From IMG/VR virus record IMGVR_UViG_3300037311_000064, positions 1 through 58,438 of that record: a stretch of 58,438 nt of DNA; one strand, given 5' to 3'. Origin of the DNA: a virus (lineage: Duplodnaviria > Caudoviricetes). Within the stretch, counting starts at the first letter, position 1; every line of letters begins with the position of its first letter. Below, piece after piece: positions 37,499 through 45,872 of this stretch. The notes beneath the pieces were generated by a model, which made no database searches, had not been told where the DNA came from, and saw nothing but the letters and a program-made list of their open reading frames with translations. A program made the translations under genes and the position numbers.

Positions 37499-37716
37499 GT
37501 GCTGCGGCGTGGAAAGCTGTAAACGGACGAGGCTTTGGCACGGTGAAAATCCGTGGTGGGTAGCGAGCGGTTTACTGGAGACACGCGATTAAGTGTAGGG
37601 GTGCTAGCGATTAACTTCGGAACCTTGCTTAACAAAAGGGGTCGTGGGGCTGTACACCGGCCATGACAGAAGCTTGTAAACCCTCAAGCACAATCAGAGT
37701 AGCGTCTGATCAGCAC
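37499..37716 (+). ncRNA. Candidate ~218-nt multi-helix structured RNA with tRNA-like ends
   Basis: GTGCTG/CAGCAC closing helix; GCGTG/CACGC; GTAAAC/GTTTAC; CACGG/CCGTG; TTAAG/CTTAA; GTCGTGG/CCATGAC; GCTTG/CAAGC; ATCAGA-GTAGCG-TCTGAT; GC-richer than flanks. Confidence 0.7.
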
Positions 37717-37731
37717 GCTTTTGGAGGAAAT

Positions 37732-38652
37732 GTGAGCGGCGGATTAAAAGCAAAGTTTCAAAAACTTAGACAAAAAAGCGCATCTCAAATGCGCGTTTGG
37801 TCAAACGGAACTATTTCATCTAAGAAAACAGCAATAGATAGTTTAAACTTTGTTCTTCATTATGGCGCACCTGCTGTTTGGGAAGGTATTAGGGCGTACA
37901 GACAAGAAGACGGCTCAACTAAGATTTGGCTTTTAGCTCCGCACATTCAACGACTTTTTAACTCAGCAAAAATCTTAAACATAAAAATTCCTTACACTGA
38001 GGCGGAGCTTATTAAGGCCTGTAATGAGCTTGTAGAATCTTGTGGTGGAGGTGATCTTTACCTTCGCCCAATTGCTTACACAACTCAAGATGCGGAATCG
38101 GTCAGAGCACAGACTTCTGCCATAAACATGGACATCTACGCGTTTCCTCTAAACGCATCCAATAAGGATGCAGGTATCACAGCTAGAATTTCAGCCACTC
38201 CTCGCGGCTATCCTCAGTATCAGATGCAAGCTAAAACTACTTCAAACTATGCGGTTCTTCACAACTGCAAGCATGAGTTCGAGGGTGTAGACGAGGTTCT
38301 TTTTTGTGATAACGACGGTTACATTGTGGAAGCTAGCGTCGCAAATATATTCATGGTCAAGAATAAAACAGTATTTACTCCACCTCAGACAGGCTCGATA
38401 CTTTCTGGCTTGACTCGCATGTATGTAGCAAGTAAGCTTTCAGAAGCTGGCTATCAAGTTATTGAACGCAGATTAACCAAAGCAGATATTTACACGGCAG
38501 ATGAACTTTTTATGACTGGAACTTATGTAGAAGTGGTTCCAATCATTAAGGTTGATGGAAGAGAAATTGGCGACGGTCAACCTGGCTCAGTAACTAGGGC
38601 AGCTTTATACAATCTAAGACTAGACACCCGAGGGGTTAAAAGAAATGGATAA
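37732..38652 (+). CDS. ilvE: Branched-chain amino acid aminotransferase (PLP fold IV)
   Basis: LHYG..VWEGIRAY, HIQRLFNSA, YLRP, AKTTSNY (catalytic Lys), EASVANIF, ILSGLTR, ADELFMTGT..EVVPI..VDGR. Start moved to GTG 37732 behind GGAGG. Confidence 0.85.
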   Translation: MSGGLKAKFQKLRQKSASQMRVWSNGTISSKKTAIDSLNFVLHYGAPAVWEGIRAYRQEDGSTKIWLLAPHIQRLFNSAKILNIKIPYTEAELIKACNELVESCGGGDLYLRPIAYTTQDAESVRAQTSAINMDIYAFPLNASNKDAGITARISATPRGYPQYQMQAKTTSNYAVLHNCKHEFEGVDEVLFCDNDGYIVEASVANIFMVKNKTVFTPPQTGSILSGLTRMYVASKLSEAGYQVIERRLTKADIYTADELFMTGTYVEVVPIIKVDGREIGDGQPGSVTRAALYNLRLDTRGVKRNG

Positions 38653-38899
38653 TCTGAAGATTTTGATTCAATCTCCTGATTCTGACAAGATCAAGATTAC
38701 TAATTCGAATCTGTGGTCTGAAGTCTGCACATCTAGAAAAGATGCTGAATTTTGGGCTAACCACTTTTCGTCAAGAAAAGTTCCTTTTGTGATGGCTCAG
38801 TTTGATACTACACTTTTAAACAAAGATAATCAAAAAATGCACCGCAGAGTTTATGGCGTTTTTGTAGACATGCGTAAATGGGAGGCTGAAAATGTTTAA
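38645..38899 (+). CDS. Hypothetical protein
   Basis: 84 aa, overlaps neighbours in operon fashion. Confidence 0.55.
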   Translation: MDNLKILIQSPDSDKIKITNSNLWSEVCTSRKDAEFWANHFSSRKVPFVMAQFDTTLLNKDNQKMHRRVYGVFVDMRKWEAENV

Positions 38900-39458
38900 T
38901 AGCAAAGCGGTCGCAAATAATTTCTGGGAGTCAAAGGGCTGGCTTAGGGATAAGATCTCTGACTTGACAGGGACCATTAGATCTTTTCTACGAAAAGTAA
39001 AAAGATCCTTTGATTTCGCAGTTCACGGTTGGAACTCTTACGACTGGGATTACGGTTACTTGCTGGAGCTTATTGAGTTTAAGTTAAAAAGAATGAAGAA
39101 AGAGATTGATAACGGACATCATGTTCCAGATAAAACCACTAATCAAAGCCTGCGAATTTGTATCAAGCTATTAAAAAAGATTAATTTTAGAGACTATCAC
39201 TATTTTATGGATCTCCATAATAAGAAGTGGGGAGATTGTGAGTGGGTTTGGCACCGAACTGATGAAGAAGGTAAAGAAATACCCAACGGTGCCAGCCGAG
39301 TTGAGTTTAAAAGGCCTAACGCAGTTACAGAAGAAGAAAAAGCTAAAGAGCGTGAGGAGTTTAGAATTGCTTACAAGTTAGATGATGCTCAAAGAGAGCG
39401 AGATGTTCGATGGCTTTTTAATATTATGGCTAAGTATCACCAGTGCTGGTGGGATTGA
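38892..39458 (+). CDS. Hypothetical phage protein (WD-Y...WWD family)
   Basis: WNSYDWDYGYLLELIEFKLKRM and terminal WWD typical of a widespread phage family; GGAGG RBS. Confidence 0.65.
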   Translation: MFNSKAVANNFWESKGWLRDKISDLTGTIRSFLRKVKRSFDFAVHGWNSYDWDYGYLLELIEFKLKRMKKEIDNGHHVPDKTTNQSLRICIKLLKKINFRDYHYFMDLHNKKWGDCEWVWHRTDEEGKEIPNGASRVEFKRPNAVTEEEKAKEREEFRIAYKLDDAQRERDVRWLFNIMAKYHQCWWD

Positions 39459-39464
39459 GGAAGT

Positions 39465-39668
39465 ATGAAAAAGAAGATTAGTAAAGCTGACTTTTTAAAA
39501 CTAACTATGGATGCTGCAGAGCGTTTGACTCGAAAAGAGCATAACCTTCGCGAAGAATCGCACTTAAATACGCAGCATTGGTATTTTAGAAACGGAGCTT
39601 ATGCTATGGCAGTTGAGATCTTAAAAGAGCAATACGAGGTTGTGGATGAAAGTCCGACTAATAGCTAA
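39465..39668 (+). CDS. Hypothetical protein
   Basis: 67 aa with GAGG RBS. Confidence 0.5.
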   Translation: MKKKISKADFLKLTMDAAERLTRKEHNLREESHLNTQHWYFRNGAYAMAVEILKEQYEVVDESPTNS

Positions 39669-40329
39669 AACTATAATCTGCGACGAAGATCTTAAAAAAG
39701 AACTTGCGTCAGTTGGATCAGAAAATTTGATCATGTATTGTGCTAGAGTTTCTAATCCTGCAAACCAAACTTCTGGTAATACTAAGCTTTTGGATTACTG
39801 CTTGAAGCATGGTCATGTCTCTATCTTTGAGATGGCGAATATGGTATTTGAGATTGAAACCTCACGAGCAATCGCTGCTCAGATCTTGCGACACCGTTCG
39901 TTCTCTTTTCAAGAATTTTCACAAAGGTACGCAGCAGCCCAGAGCATTGAAGTTTACGAAGCCCGATCACAAGATCCAAAAAATCGCCAAAACTCGAATG
40001 ATGATATGGAGCAGCACGATAAGGATTGGTTTCAATGGCTGCAAGAAGAACATAATAAGCAGTGCATGGAAAAGTATAAACAGGCCTTGGCAAGAGGGGT
40101 AGCTAAGGAGCAAGCAAGATTCCTTCTTCCTTTGTCTACCACTACGCGCCTGTACATGAACGGTTCTATTCGCAGTTGGATTCATTATCTCCAGCTACGC
40201 TGTGGAAACGGTACTCAAAAAGAGCATCAAGAAATTGCTTTGGCCATCAGAGATCTCTTCGTAAAAGAATTACCAATTATCGGGGAGGCTTTGGGATGGA
40301 CCAGCCCAGCAACAACGACCCAAGGGTAG
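39646..40329 (+). CDS. thyX: FAD-dependent thymidylate synthase
   Basis: YCARVSNP, HGHVSIFE, QILRHRSFSFQEFSQRY signature, EQARFLLP, GSIRSWIHY..LR....TQKEH. Confidence 0.95.
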   Translation: MKVRLIAKTIICDEDLKKELASVGSENLIMYCARVSNPANQTSGNTKLLDYCLKHGHVSIFEMANMVFEIETSRAIAAQILRHRSFSFQEFSQRYAAAQSIEVYEARSQDPKNRQNSNDDMEQHDKDWFQWLQEEHNKQCMEKYKQALARGVAKEQARFLLPLSTTTRLYMNGSIRSWIHYLQLRCGNGTQKEHQEIALAIRDLFVKELPIIGEALGWTSPATTTQG

Positions 40330-40502
40330 TAATGACTAAGAACGACTTAGAGCAAATTCGCTCTTTAGCTATAAAGCTATATGTTGATCTTGATCCAAGA
40401 GCTTTAAAAATGGACGATTCTCAATTTAGGACATATTGCTATGTTCAAGCCACCCAAGCATGGCTCAGAACGAGAGGTCTTCTTAAAATAATTCTTGACT
40501 AA
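40296..40502 (+). CDS. Hypothetical protein
   Basis: ATG 40296 behind GGGGAGG (track start 40176 overlaps thyX). Confidence 0.5.
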   Translation: MDQPSNNDPRVVMTKNDLEQIRSLAIKLYVDLDPRALKMDDSQFRTYCYVQATQAWLRTRGLLKIILD

Positions 40503-40542
40503 CCTGACATTATCATGCACGATGATCTTAGGAGGAGATCAC

Positions 40543-40761
40543 ATGGACCCAAAAAACTGTAAGCATAAATGGATTCAAGTTCCAAAACACTCAATGTATG
40601 GAGTTGTACATCAGGATGAGTGTGAGCACTGCGGCTCTATAGGCGTTCTTTCGGAGAAGCCTGATGAGAATGGGTTTTATCAGATCGTCCCTCAACCCTT
40701 TGCTGAAGTGATCGATTTAAACCAATACCGCGAAAAAAGAAAGGCGGTAGCCAATGGCTAA
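40543..40761 (+). CDS. Small Zn-finger-like protein
   Basis: CKHKW...CEHCG; ATG 40543 behind GGAGGAG and a TTGACT-type promoter. Confidence 0.6.
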   Translation: MDPKNCKHKWIQVPKHSMYGVVHQDECEHCGSIGVLSEKPDENGFYQIVPQPFAEVIDLNQYREKRKAVANG

Positions 40762-41053
40762 GCTAACACAAGCAAAAGTAGCAATCGAAAAAGCTAAGAA
40801 AAACGCCCTTAAGCGTAAAGCAACCGTAAAAGCTAACATCTTAGCTCAGGCTCAGATGGCCATCGAAAAGATGGTAGAAGACGGCGTAGTACGAGCTTAT
40901 GTTCCCATAGCTGAAGACGACTTCATGTGGGGCGCTAAGTTAGCTAAAGCTGATTTAATCGCAGCAGGCTACGAAGTTACCTTTGAGAAGCAAAACGAAG
41001 AAGATGAAGACGAAACCCCCGATATGGTCATCTCAATGGAGCACCTAAAATAA
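40754..41053 (+). CDS. Hypothetical protein
   Basis: 99 aa, basic N-terminus, acidic C-terminus. Confidence 0.6.
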   Translation: MAKLTQAKVAIEKAKKNALKRKATVKANILAQAQMAIEKMVEDGVVRAYVPIAEDDFMWGAKLAKADLIAAGYEVTFEKQNEEDEDETPDMVISMEHLK

Positions 41054-41103
41054 TTCTTGACTGAATTACTAGGGTATGTGATGATCAATATAGGGAGGTT
41101 TTT

Positions 41104-41955
41104 ATGCAAGGTTTATCAGTGGTGCCAAGTACAACTTCAATACATTACTATGTCACCGCGTTCTTGATGGGGTTAGGTTCTGAGAATACCCGAAAGGCAT
41201 ATCAGAAGGATCTTCAGGCTTTTATGGGGTTTGGACCTAACGAGGCCACGGATATCACCAGGCAGCATGTTTTAGAGTATCGAGACTCGCTAGTGGCTTC
41301 TGGACTGGCTCCGGCTTCTATTAATCGAAAGATGTCGGCTATCAGGAGCTTTACAGACTTCGTGCGAGGACAAGGCGTACTGAACACCGACCCATTTGCA
41401 GGCGTAAAGCTTCCCAAGACCTCTGTTAAAGATCCTACTCAGGCGTTTACCGATGAAGAAGTCAAAAAGATGCTCAAGCTTTCCGAGCGCGATGTTCGGG
41501 ATCATTTGATACTTAGCCTCTTATTCTTTGCTGGCCTTCGTCGATCTGAAGCCGCTCAACTTTTAGATTCAGATCTGTCTTTGATGGATGGCGTGATGGT
41601 CATCAGGGTTTTTGGTAAAGGCGGAAAGTTCAGGATGATCCCTTGTCATCCCAAGCTTCAACAAGCTTTGGTGAACTATCAAACAGCCGCGAGACCTTTT
41701 GGCTCTTTGCTTGGCGTTAAAGACCACACCATCTTCAATACCGTAAAAAAGTACGCAAAGCTTGCTGGGGTTACTCGCAGGGTGTCTCCACACTCATGCC
41801 GTGCCACAGCAATCTCTCAGTTACTGGAAAATGGTGAGTCTCCGCGAAATGTCGCTGACTTTGCCGGTCACGCAAGTATCACTACGACTTTGGGATCTTA
41901 CGATAAGAAACGAGATGGAATTAAAAACTCTTCAGCACTAAAGCTGAAATTTTAA
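41104..41955 (+). CDS. Tyrosine recombinase (XerC/D-like)
   Basis: SAM-like N-domain (SENTRKAYQKDL, LAPASINRKMSAIRSF), catalytic GLRRSE, GKGGK, PHSCR, AGHAS..TT...Y. Confidence 0.92.
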   Translation: MQGLSVVPSTTSIHYYVTAFLMGLGSENTRKAYQKDLQAFMGFGPNEATDITRQHVLEYRDSLVASGLAPASINRKMSAIRSFTDFVRGQGVLNTDPFAGVKLPKTSVKDPTQAFTDEEVKKMLKLSERDVRDHLILSLLFFAGLRRSEAAQLLDSDLSLMDGVMVIRVFGKGGKFRMIPCHPKLQQALVNYQTAARPFGSLLGVKDHTIFNTVKKYAKLAGVTRRVSPHSCRATAISQLLENGESPRNVADFAGHASITTTLGSYDKKRDGIKNSSALKLKF

Positions 41956-41967
41956 GAAAGGCACATC

Positions 41968-42537
41968 ATGAAATACCTAGCACTTGACACTGAAACTGGA
42001 GGATTCGAAGGTACCTCATTACTTACTGCTTACTTTATGGTTCTGAACGAGAACTTTGAAGAGCTTGACAACCTTTACCTAGAGGTTAAACCTGATGACG
42101 GTCAGTACATCGTTACAGGCCAAGCTTTGCAGGTAAATGGAATCGATCTTAAAACTCACGACAAGCGAGCTATTACCTACAAAGAGGCAGGTACAAAACT
42201 TTACTCATTCTTAAATGGCAACAGCATCCTAGGAAGTACAAAGTTGATTCCAGTCGGCCACAATGTCGTGTTTGACATCATGAAGATTCAAGAACACTTG
42301 ATGAGCAAGAATACCTGGAACAAGTTTGTATCTTATCGAACCTTGGATACAGGTACCATCACTCGTGCGTGCATCGCTGCAGGATTGATTCCTAGCGAAG
42401 TGTCAGGAAGCCTGTCTTCTGTGGCCGAGCACTTTAACATCAATACTTCAGCGGCCCACACTGCAGATGGAGATGTTTTGATGACGGTTCAGGTGCTAGA
42501 GCAGCTTTTGGAGACTATGCGCCGTGGAGCAAAGTGA
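41968..42537 (+). CDS. DEDDh 3'-5' exonuclease (DnaQ-like)
   Basis: LDTETGG, GHNVVFD, LDT, AHTADGDV. Confidence 0.88.
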   Translation: MKYLALDTETGGFEGTSLLTAYFMVLNENFEELDNLYLEVKPDDGQYIVTGQALQVNGIDLKTHDKRAITYKEAGTKLYSFLNGNSILGSTKLIPVGHNVVFDIMKIQEHLMSKNTWNKFVSYRTLDTGTITRACIAAGLIPSEVSGSLSSVAEHFNINTSAAHTADGDVLMTVQVLEQLLETMRRGAK

Positions 42538-42970
42538 TGTTTACAAGCTAGTCCTGCACCCAGACCCCAGGCTTAAAAAGAAGCTTACGGAAGAGGTACA
42601 TTGGATTACTGACGAGCATAAAGCTATAGCGGAGAAGATGCTTCGTACCATGTATCAAAGCAAGGGTGTTGGTTTGTCAACTCCGCAAGTCGGCCTTGAG
42701 ATTCGTCTTATAGTTCTAGATGATGGTACAGGACCTTTGGTGATGTTTAACCCCTTTGTTACGAACAAGCTTCCAAAAACAAAGGGCGGACTTGAGGGTT
42801 GTTTAAGTTTTCCAAAGCTATACAAGCATGTAAAGCGTTATGAAACTATAGCAGTTCGGTATAGAGGTTTAGATAATGTAGTTCGAGAAGAGCAATTTTC
42901 TGGATTACAAGCGAGGATAATTTTACACGAGATTGACCATTTAAACGGTCTAACATTTTTAGAGAGGTGA
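42524..42970 (+). CDS. def: Peptide deformylase
   Basis: GVGLSTPQVG, EGCLSFP, HEIDHLNG motifs; HPDPRL N-terminus. Confidence 0.95.
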   Translation: MEQSDVYKLVLHPDPRLKKKLTEEVHWITDEHKAIAEKMLRTMYQSKGVGLSTPQVGLEIRLIVLDDGTGPLVMFNPFVTNKLPKTKGGLEGCLSFPKLYKHVKRYETIAVRYRGLDNVVREEQFSGLQARIILHEIDHLNGLTFLER

Positions 42971-43215
42971 ACATGAAAGATGCAGTACTTGTAAAACCAG
43001 AAGATAAGTTTTCGGCCCTTCGCTTGTTACAGTTTTTAGTAACTGCTGTAGACGGTTTGAGAGAAAAGCTTAATACCGAGCAGGACGAGAATATCAAACA
43101 AGTAATCAGGGGAGCAATTGGAGCGTATGTAGAGCTTCACACGGTTCTTCTAGAGCAAGTTCGCTTATCTCGTATCGATGAGGGCGGCGAAGGAAGTGGA
43201 CATTACGATGCTTAA
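42967..43215 (+). CDS. Hypothetical protein
   Basis: Helical 80-aa ORF overlapping neighbours. Confidence 0.5.
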   Translation: MNMKDAVLVKPEDKFSALRLLQFLVTAVDGLREKLNTEQDENIKQVIRGAIGAYVELHTVLLEQVRLSRIDEGGEGSGHYDA

Positions 43216-43570
43216 GATTCTTTTGGTGGGCGACAAACCCTCTAGTAAGAATAAAGATCCTAATGTCGCTTTTGTAGGCACCAAGTCTTTTACTACTATT
43301 CAGCAGTGGTTAAAGGCTATGGGATTGGAAAACTCTAAAATCGTCATGATCAATAGAGTTGACCCTTCGTTCCATAACCTAGTTATTCAAGCTACACTTG
43401 GTCGTTATAAGATCATCGCTTTAGGCAACGAAGCCAAAAAAGCTCTTGCGCATCTTGGCGTTGCCAATTTTTTCTGCCTACCGCATCCCTCTGGACGCAA
43501 CAGAAAACTCAACAATAAAAAGTTTGTGGCAGAGTTACTTCAACAGTGTAAAAGCTGGATTGTGTCTTAA
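43208..43570 (+). CDS. Uracil-DNA glycosylase superfamily protein (minimal)
   Basis: ILLVGDKPS, AFVGTKS, IIALGNEA, LPHPSGRNRKLN motifs; ATG 43208. Confidence 0.75.
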   Translation: MLKILLVGDKPSSKNKDPNVAFVGTKSFTTIQQWLKAMGLENSKIVMINRVDPSFHNLVIQATLGRYKIIALGNEAKKALAHLGVANFFCLPHPSGRNRKLNNKKFVAELLQQCKSWIVS

Positions 43571-43896
43571 AAGTCTATGCGCCAAACTACGCCAACTTCC
43601 TCTTTACCGATAGTCATAGATGTAGCACCGATCCTAGTTGGATTTGGTACTGCGAATGTTGCGTTTTGTCCATTTGCAAAACGAACTATGTACACAGCCG
43701 CACCGCCTATCACTTGGGCAGTCATCGAAGGGTTGATATACTGTATGGCTTTCTTTTCCCATTTTCTGCGTGTAGTGTCTAAACCAGCTTCTATGCCTGT
43801 TTGTACGGCAGCTTGTTCAAGCGCAGTTCTACAAGCAGGTTCATACTGCGATTCAATGTTTAAACATAATGCCAATACTAAAGGACCAACGGTCAT
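43567..43896 (-). CDS. Hypothetical protein, lone minus-strand gene
   Basis: 109 aa with hydrophobic N-terminus and terminal aromatic beta strand (VGVVWRIDF); fills the gap between plus-strand genes. Confidence 0.5.
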   Translation of the reverse strand: MTVGPLVLALCLNIESQYEPACRTALEQAAVQTGIEAGLDTTRRKWEKKAIQYINPSMTAQVIGGAAVYIVRFANGQNATFAVPNPTRIGATSMTIGKEEVGVVWRIDF

Positions 43897-43910
43897 AGGA
43901 AAACTCTACC

Positions 43911-44126
43911 ATGAAAAGAATAATTAGGCTAGTATATTTGTCAATAATTATAGGTTTGATACTTTTGCTGTCTCATCTTGAGGCATGGAATCGTGGGTAC
44001 GATACTGGTTACAAATCAGCCATGAGTGATGTTGTGTTAGGTATTGAGACACCTGAAAACTTTTTTATTAAATTGTTTGACATCAGGGTACCTAAGCGGT
44101 TAGAACAGAAGGAGGAGGCAAGATGA
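43911..44126 (+). CDS. Small membrane protein
   Basis: N-terminal TM helix followed by GYDTGY. Confidence 0.55.
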   Translation: MKRIIRLVYLSIIIGLILLLSHLEAWNRGYDTGYKSAMSDVVLGIETPENFFIKLFDIRVPKRLEQKEEAR

Positions 44127-44395
44127 TCAAGGTTAAAGGTATCGGAGATTCAGAGCTAAGTTGGAACTACGAAACGCCACCTAAAACTTTTCGCAAGGTG
44201 GGAAGTAGAACAGATGCTGATGGTAACTTTGCGATTGAAGTTTACAAGCTAAAAAGCTTCAACAAGATTACTAAAGAGGCAATCTACAAGAAAGCCAAAA
44301 ACGAAAAGGCTAAAGCTTTAGAGCCTTCTGATATTGGATTTAACTTTGCTGCGCCTAAACAGCGCAACAAACACGAGGAAGAAGAAGAGTTTTAA
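44123..44395 (+). CDS. Hypothetical protein
   Basis: GGAGG RBS; 90 aa. Confidence 0.6.
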   Translation: MIKVKGIGDSELSWNYETPPKTFRKVGSRTDADGNFAIEVYKLKSFNKITKEAIYKKAKNEKAKALEPSDIGFNFAAPKQRNKHEEEEEF

Positions 44396-44419
44396 TAACA
44401 AACCCATAAGGAGGGATTT

Positions 44420-44914
44420 ATGGTCACATCAACACAAAACAATAAGCTTTTAGTTAAGCTTGCTCAAGATCGAAGCTATCGTTTCTTGAAAAACGGAACA
44501 GTTCAAAAGAAAGGCTCAGACGGCAAGTTCCGCACTGTAGGCAGTGATCGACATGGTTACACTGTTGTACAGTATCGTGGAAAGAAGCTGGTAGTAGCTC
44601 GTGCTATCGCTGTTCGAGAGGCACTGAATGAAGGTGCAACCGGCACTTTGATTTCTAAGCTTTTGACGAACACGGTCATCTTGCACAAGAATCGCAAGAG
44701 CGCCGATAACCGAGTAGTTAACTTGCGCCCTATCCGAGCAGGAAAGTATCCTAAGACTCAAAAGCGCGGATTGACTGTTGCTCAGATCGAGAAGATGGTT
44801 GCTTTGTTCTGCGAGGGTTTCAGCGTAGCTAAGATTGCTCGTCGCTTTCGTCGTAAAGTCAGCCGATCTTACATCAGTCGAATCATCAAGCGCGAACTTG
44901 GCGTGGAGGCATAA
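44420..44914 (+). CDS. Basic HNH-like protein with C-terminal HTH
   Basis: VILHKNRKSADNRVVNL (HNH-like) and GFSVAKIARRF..KVSRSYISRII (HTH). Confidence 0.65.
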   Translation: MVTSTQNNKLLVKLAQDRSYRFLKNGTVQKKGSDGKFRTVGSDRHGYTVVQYRGKKLVVARAIAVREALNEGATGTLISKLLTNTVILHKNRKSADNRVVNLRPIRAGKYPKTQKRGLTVAQIEKMVALFCEGFSVAKIARRFRRKVSRSYISRIIKRELGVEA

Positions 44915-45126
44915 TGCGAAGCGTCACAGTAGATTTCCGAGTCACTACTAGTGACTTGATGGATGTAAAAAATTGTTACGACCTTTACAACACGGAAGTT
45001 GCTGTGCGTTTCATGTTTGAAAAGCAGAATACTGGGCTGCGCTTCATCAAGATCGTAAGCGCAGATCCAGATCCTATTAACCATGACGCTGTGCTCATGA
45101 GGGTACAGGCGGAGCATGTTGAATGA
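44914..45126 (+). CDS. Hypothetical protein
   Basis: GGAGG RBS, TAATG coupling. Confidence 0.55.
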   Translation: MRSVTVDFRVTTSDLMDVKNCYDLYNTEVAVRFMFEKQNTGLRFIKIVSADPDPINHDAVLMRVQAEHVE

Positions 45127-45323
45127 AACTTTATGTCGTAATCATGGGTGAAAACTTTGAGGACGCTAAAGAGGCTCACGGAGAGAGCTTTTTCCCTTCA
45201 GTGGAAGAAGCTAGACTTTGGTGCCAGATTAGTTTGGACCCAGGTGAGAGATACATGATCTGCGATGAGAATGGTGGACTTCTTTATATCGGAGTCACGC
45301 CTAGACTGGTAGGTAGAGCGTGA
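45123..45323 (+). CDS. Hypothetical protein
   Basis: ATGA coupling. Confidence 0.55.
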   Translation: MKLYVVIMGENFEDAKEAHGESFFPSVEEARLWCQISLDPGERYMICDENGGLLYIGVTPRLVGRA

Positions 45324-45544
45324 CAAGAAAAGAAGCAAACTTAGAGTTGTTAAAGCATCTCACTGAAGCTGCAAAAACTTTTGATCAGTTAAGGTTTAAT
45401 CAACTGCTATTAGTGGTAGGGGTCGTAACTAAGTCTGACGATTTCTACGAAGAGTCTGAAGTAACTTTAGACAGAACCCTAGCTAAGCTAGAAGAGCTTT
45501 ATCTAGCTATTTTGGAGAAGCATGGTAAAGGTACAGAAGAGTAA
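45320..45544 (+). CDS. Hypothetical protein
   Basis: LRFNQLL...DDFYEES..TL pattern of a small phage family; GTGA coupling. Confidence 0.55.
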   Translation: MTRKEANLELLKHLTEAAKTFDQLRFNQLLLVVGVVTKSDDFYEESEVTLDRTLAKLEELYLAILEKHGKGTEE

Positions 45545-45872
45545 GTTCGGCAGGGGAGTTTTTACGACTCGCCCGATTAAAAAAGGTCAAACCGTTTTGG
45601 TCGATGATCTTCTATTGCTTCCGGCAAACGACTACGATAAGTCGTTGGTGATCAAGCGATACGCTTTTGCGTATGAAGACGCCTTCATGTGCTGTGCCAT
45701 CGCTTTAGGTAAAAGCTCGCTTATCAACCACTCCACTAGACCTAACTGCGATTATGAACCTACGACTGACGAAAATGGATTTCCTAAGCTCGAAGTATAC
45801 GCTTTAAAAAATATTCCAGCAGGAACCGAGTTAAAGATCGATTATGGGTACGACCCAACGGAGCCTTCATGA
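45522..45872 (+). CDS. SET-domain lysine methyltransferase (stand-alone)
   Basis: S..GRGVFTTRPIKKG, SLINHS..PNC, ALKNIPAGTELKIDYG are the canonical SET motifs. Confidence 0.9.
   Translation: MVKVQKSKFGRGVFTTRPIKKGQTVLVDDLLLLPANDYDKSLVIKRYAFAYEDAFMCCAIALGKSSLINHSTRPNCDYEPTTDENGFPKLEVYALKNIPAGTELKIDYGYDPTEPS

Noticed and set aside
37499-37716. tRNA or tmRNA call for the structured RNA
   Set aside because: No anticodon arm, no TTCRA T-loop, no CCA end and no tag reading frame; internal GGGGCTG resembles a tmRNA 5' end only superficially
37663-37731. Track start of the aminotransferase at 37663
   Set aside because: Falls within the RNA helices and lacks an RBS; GTG 37732 has GGAGG at the proper distance
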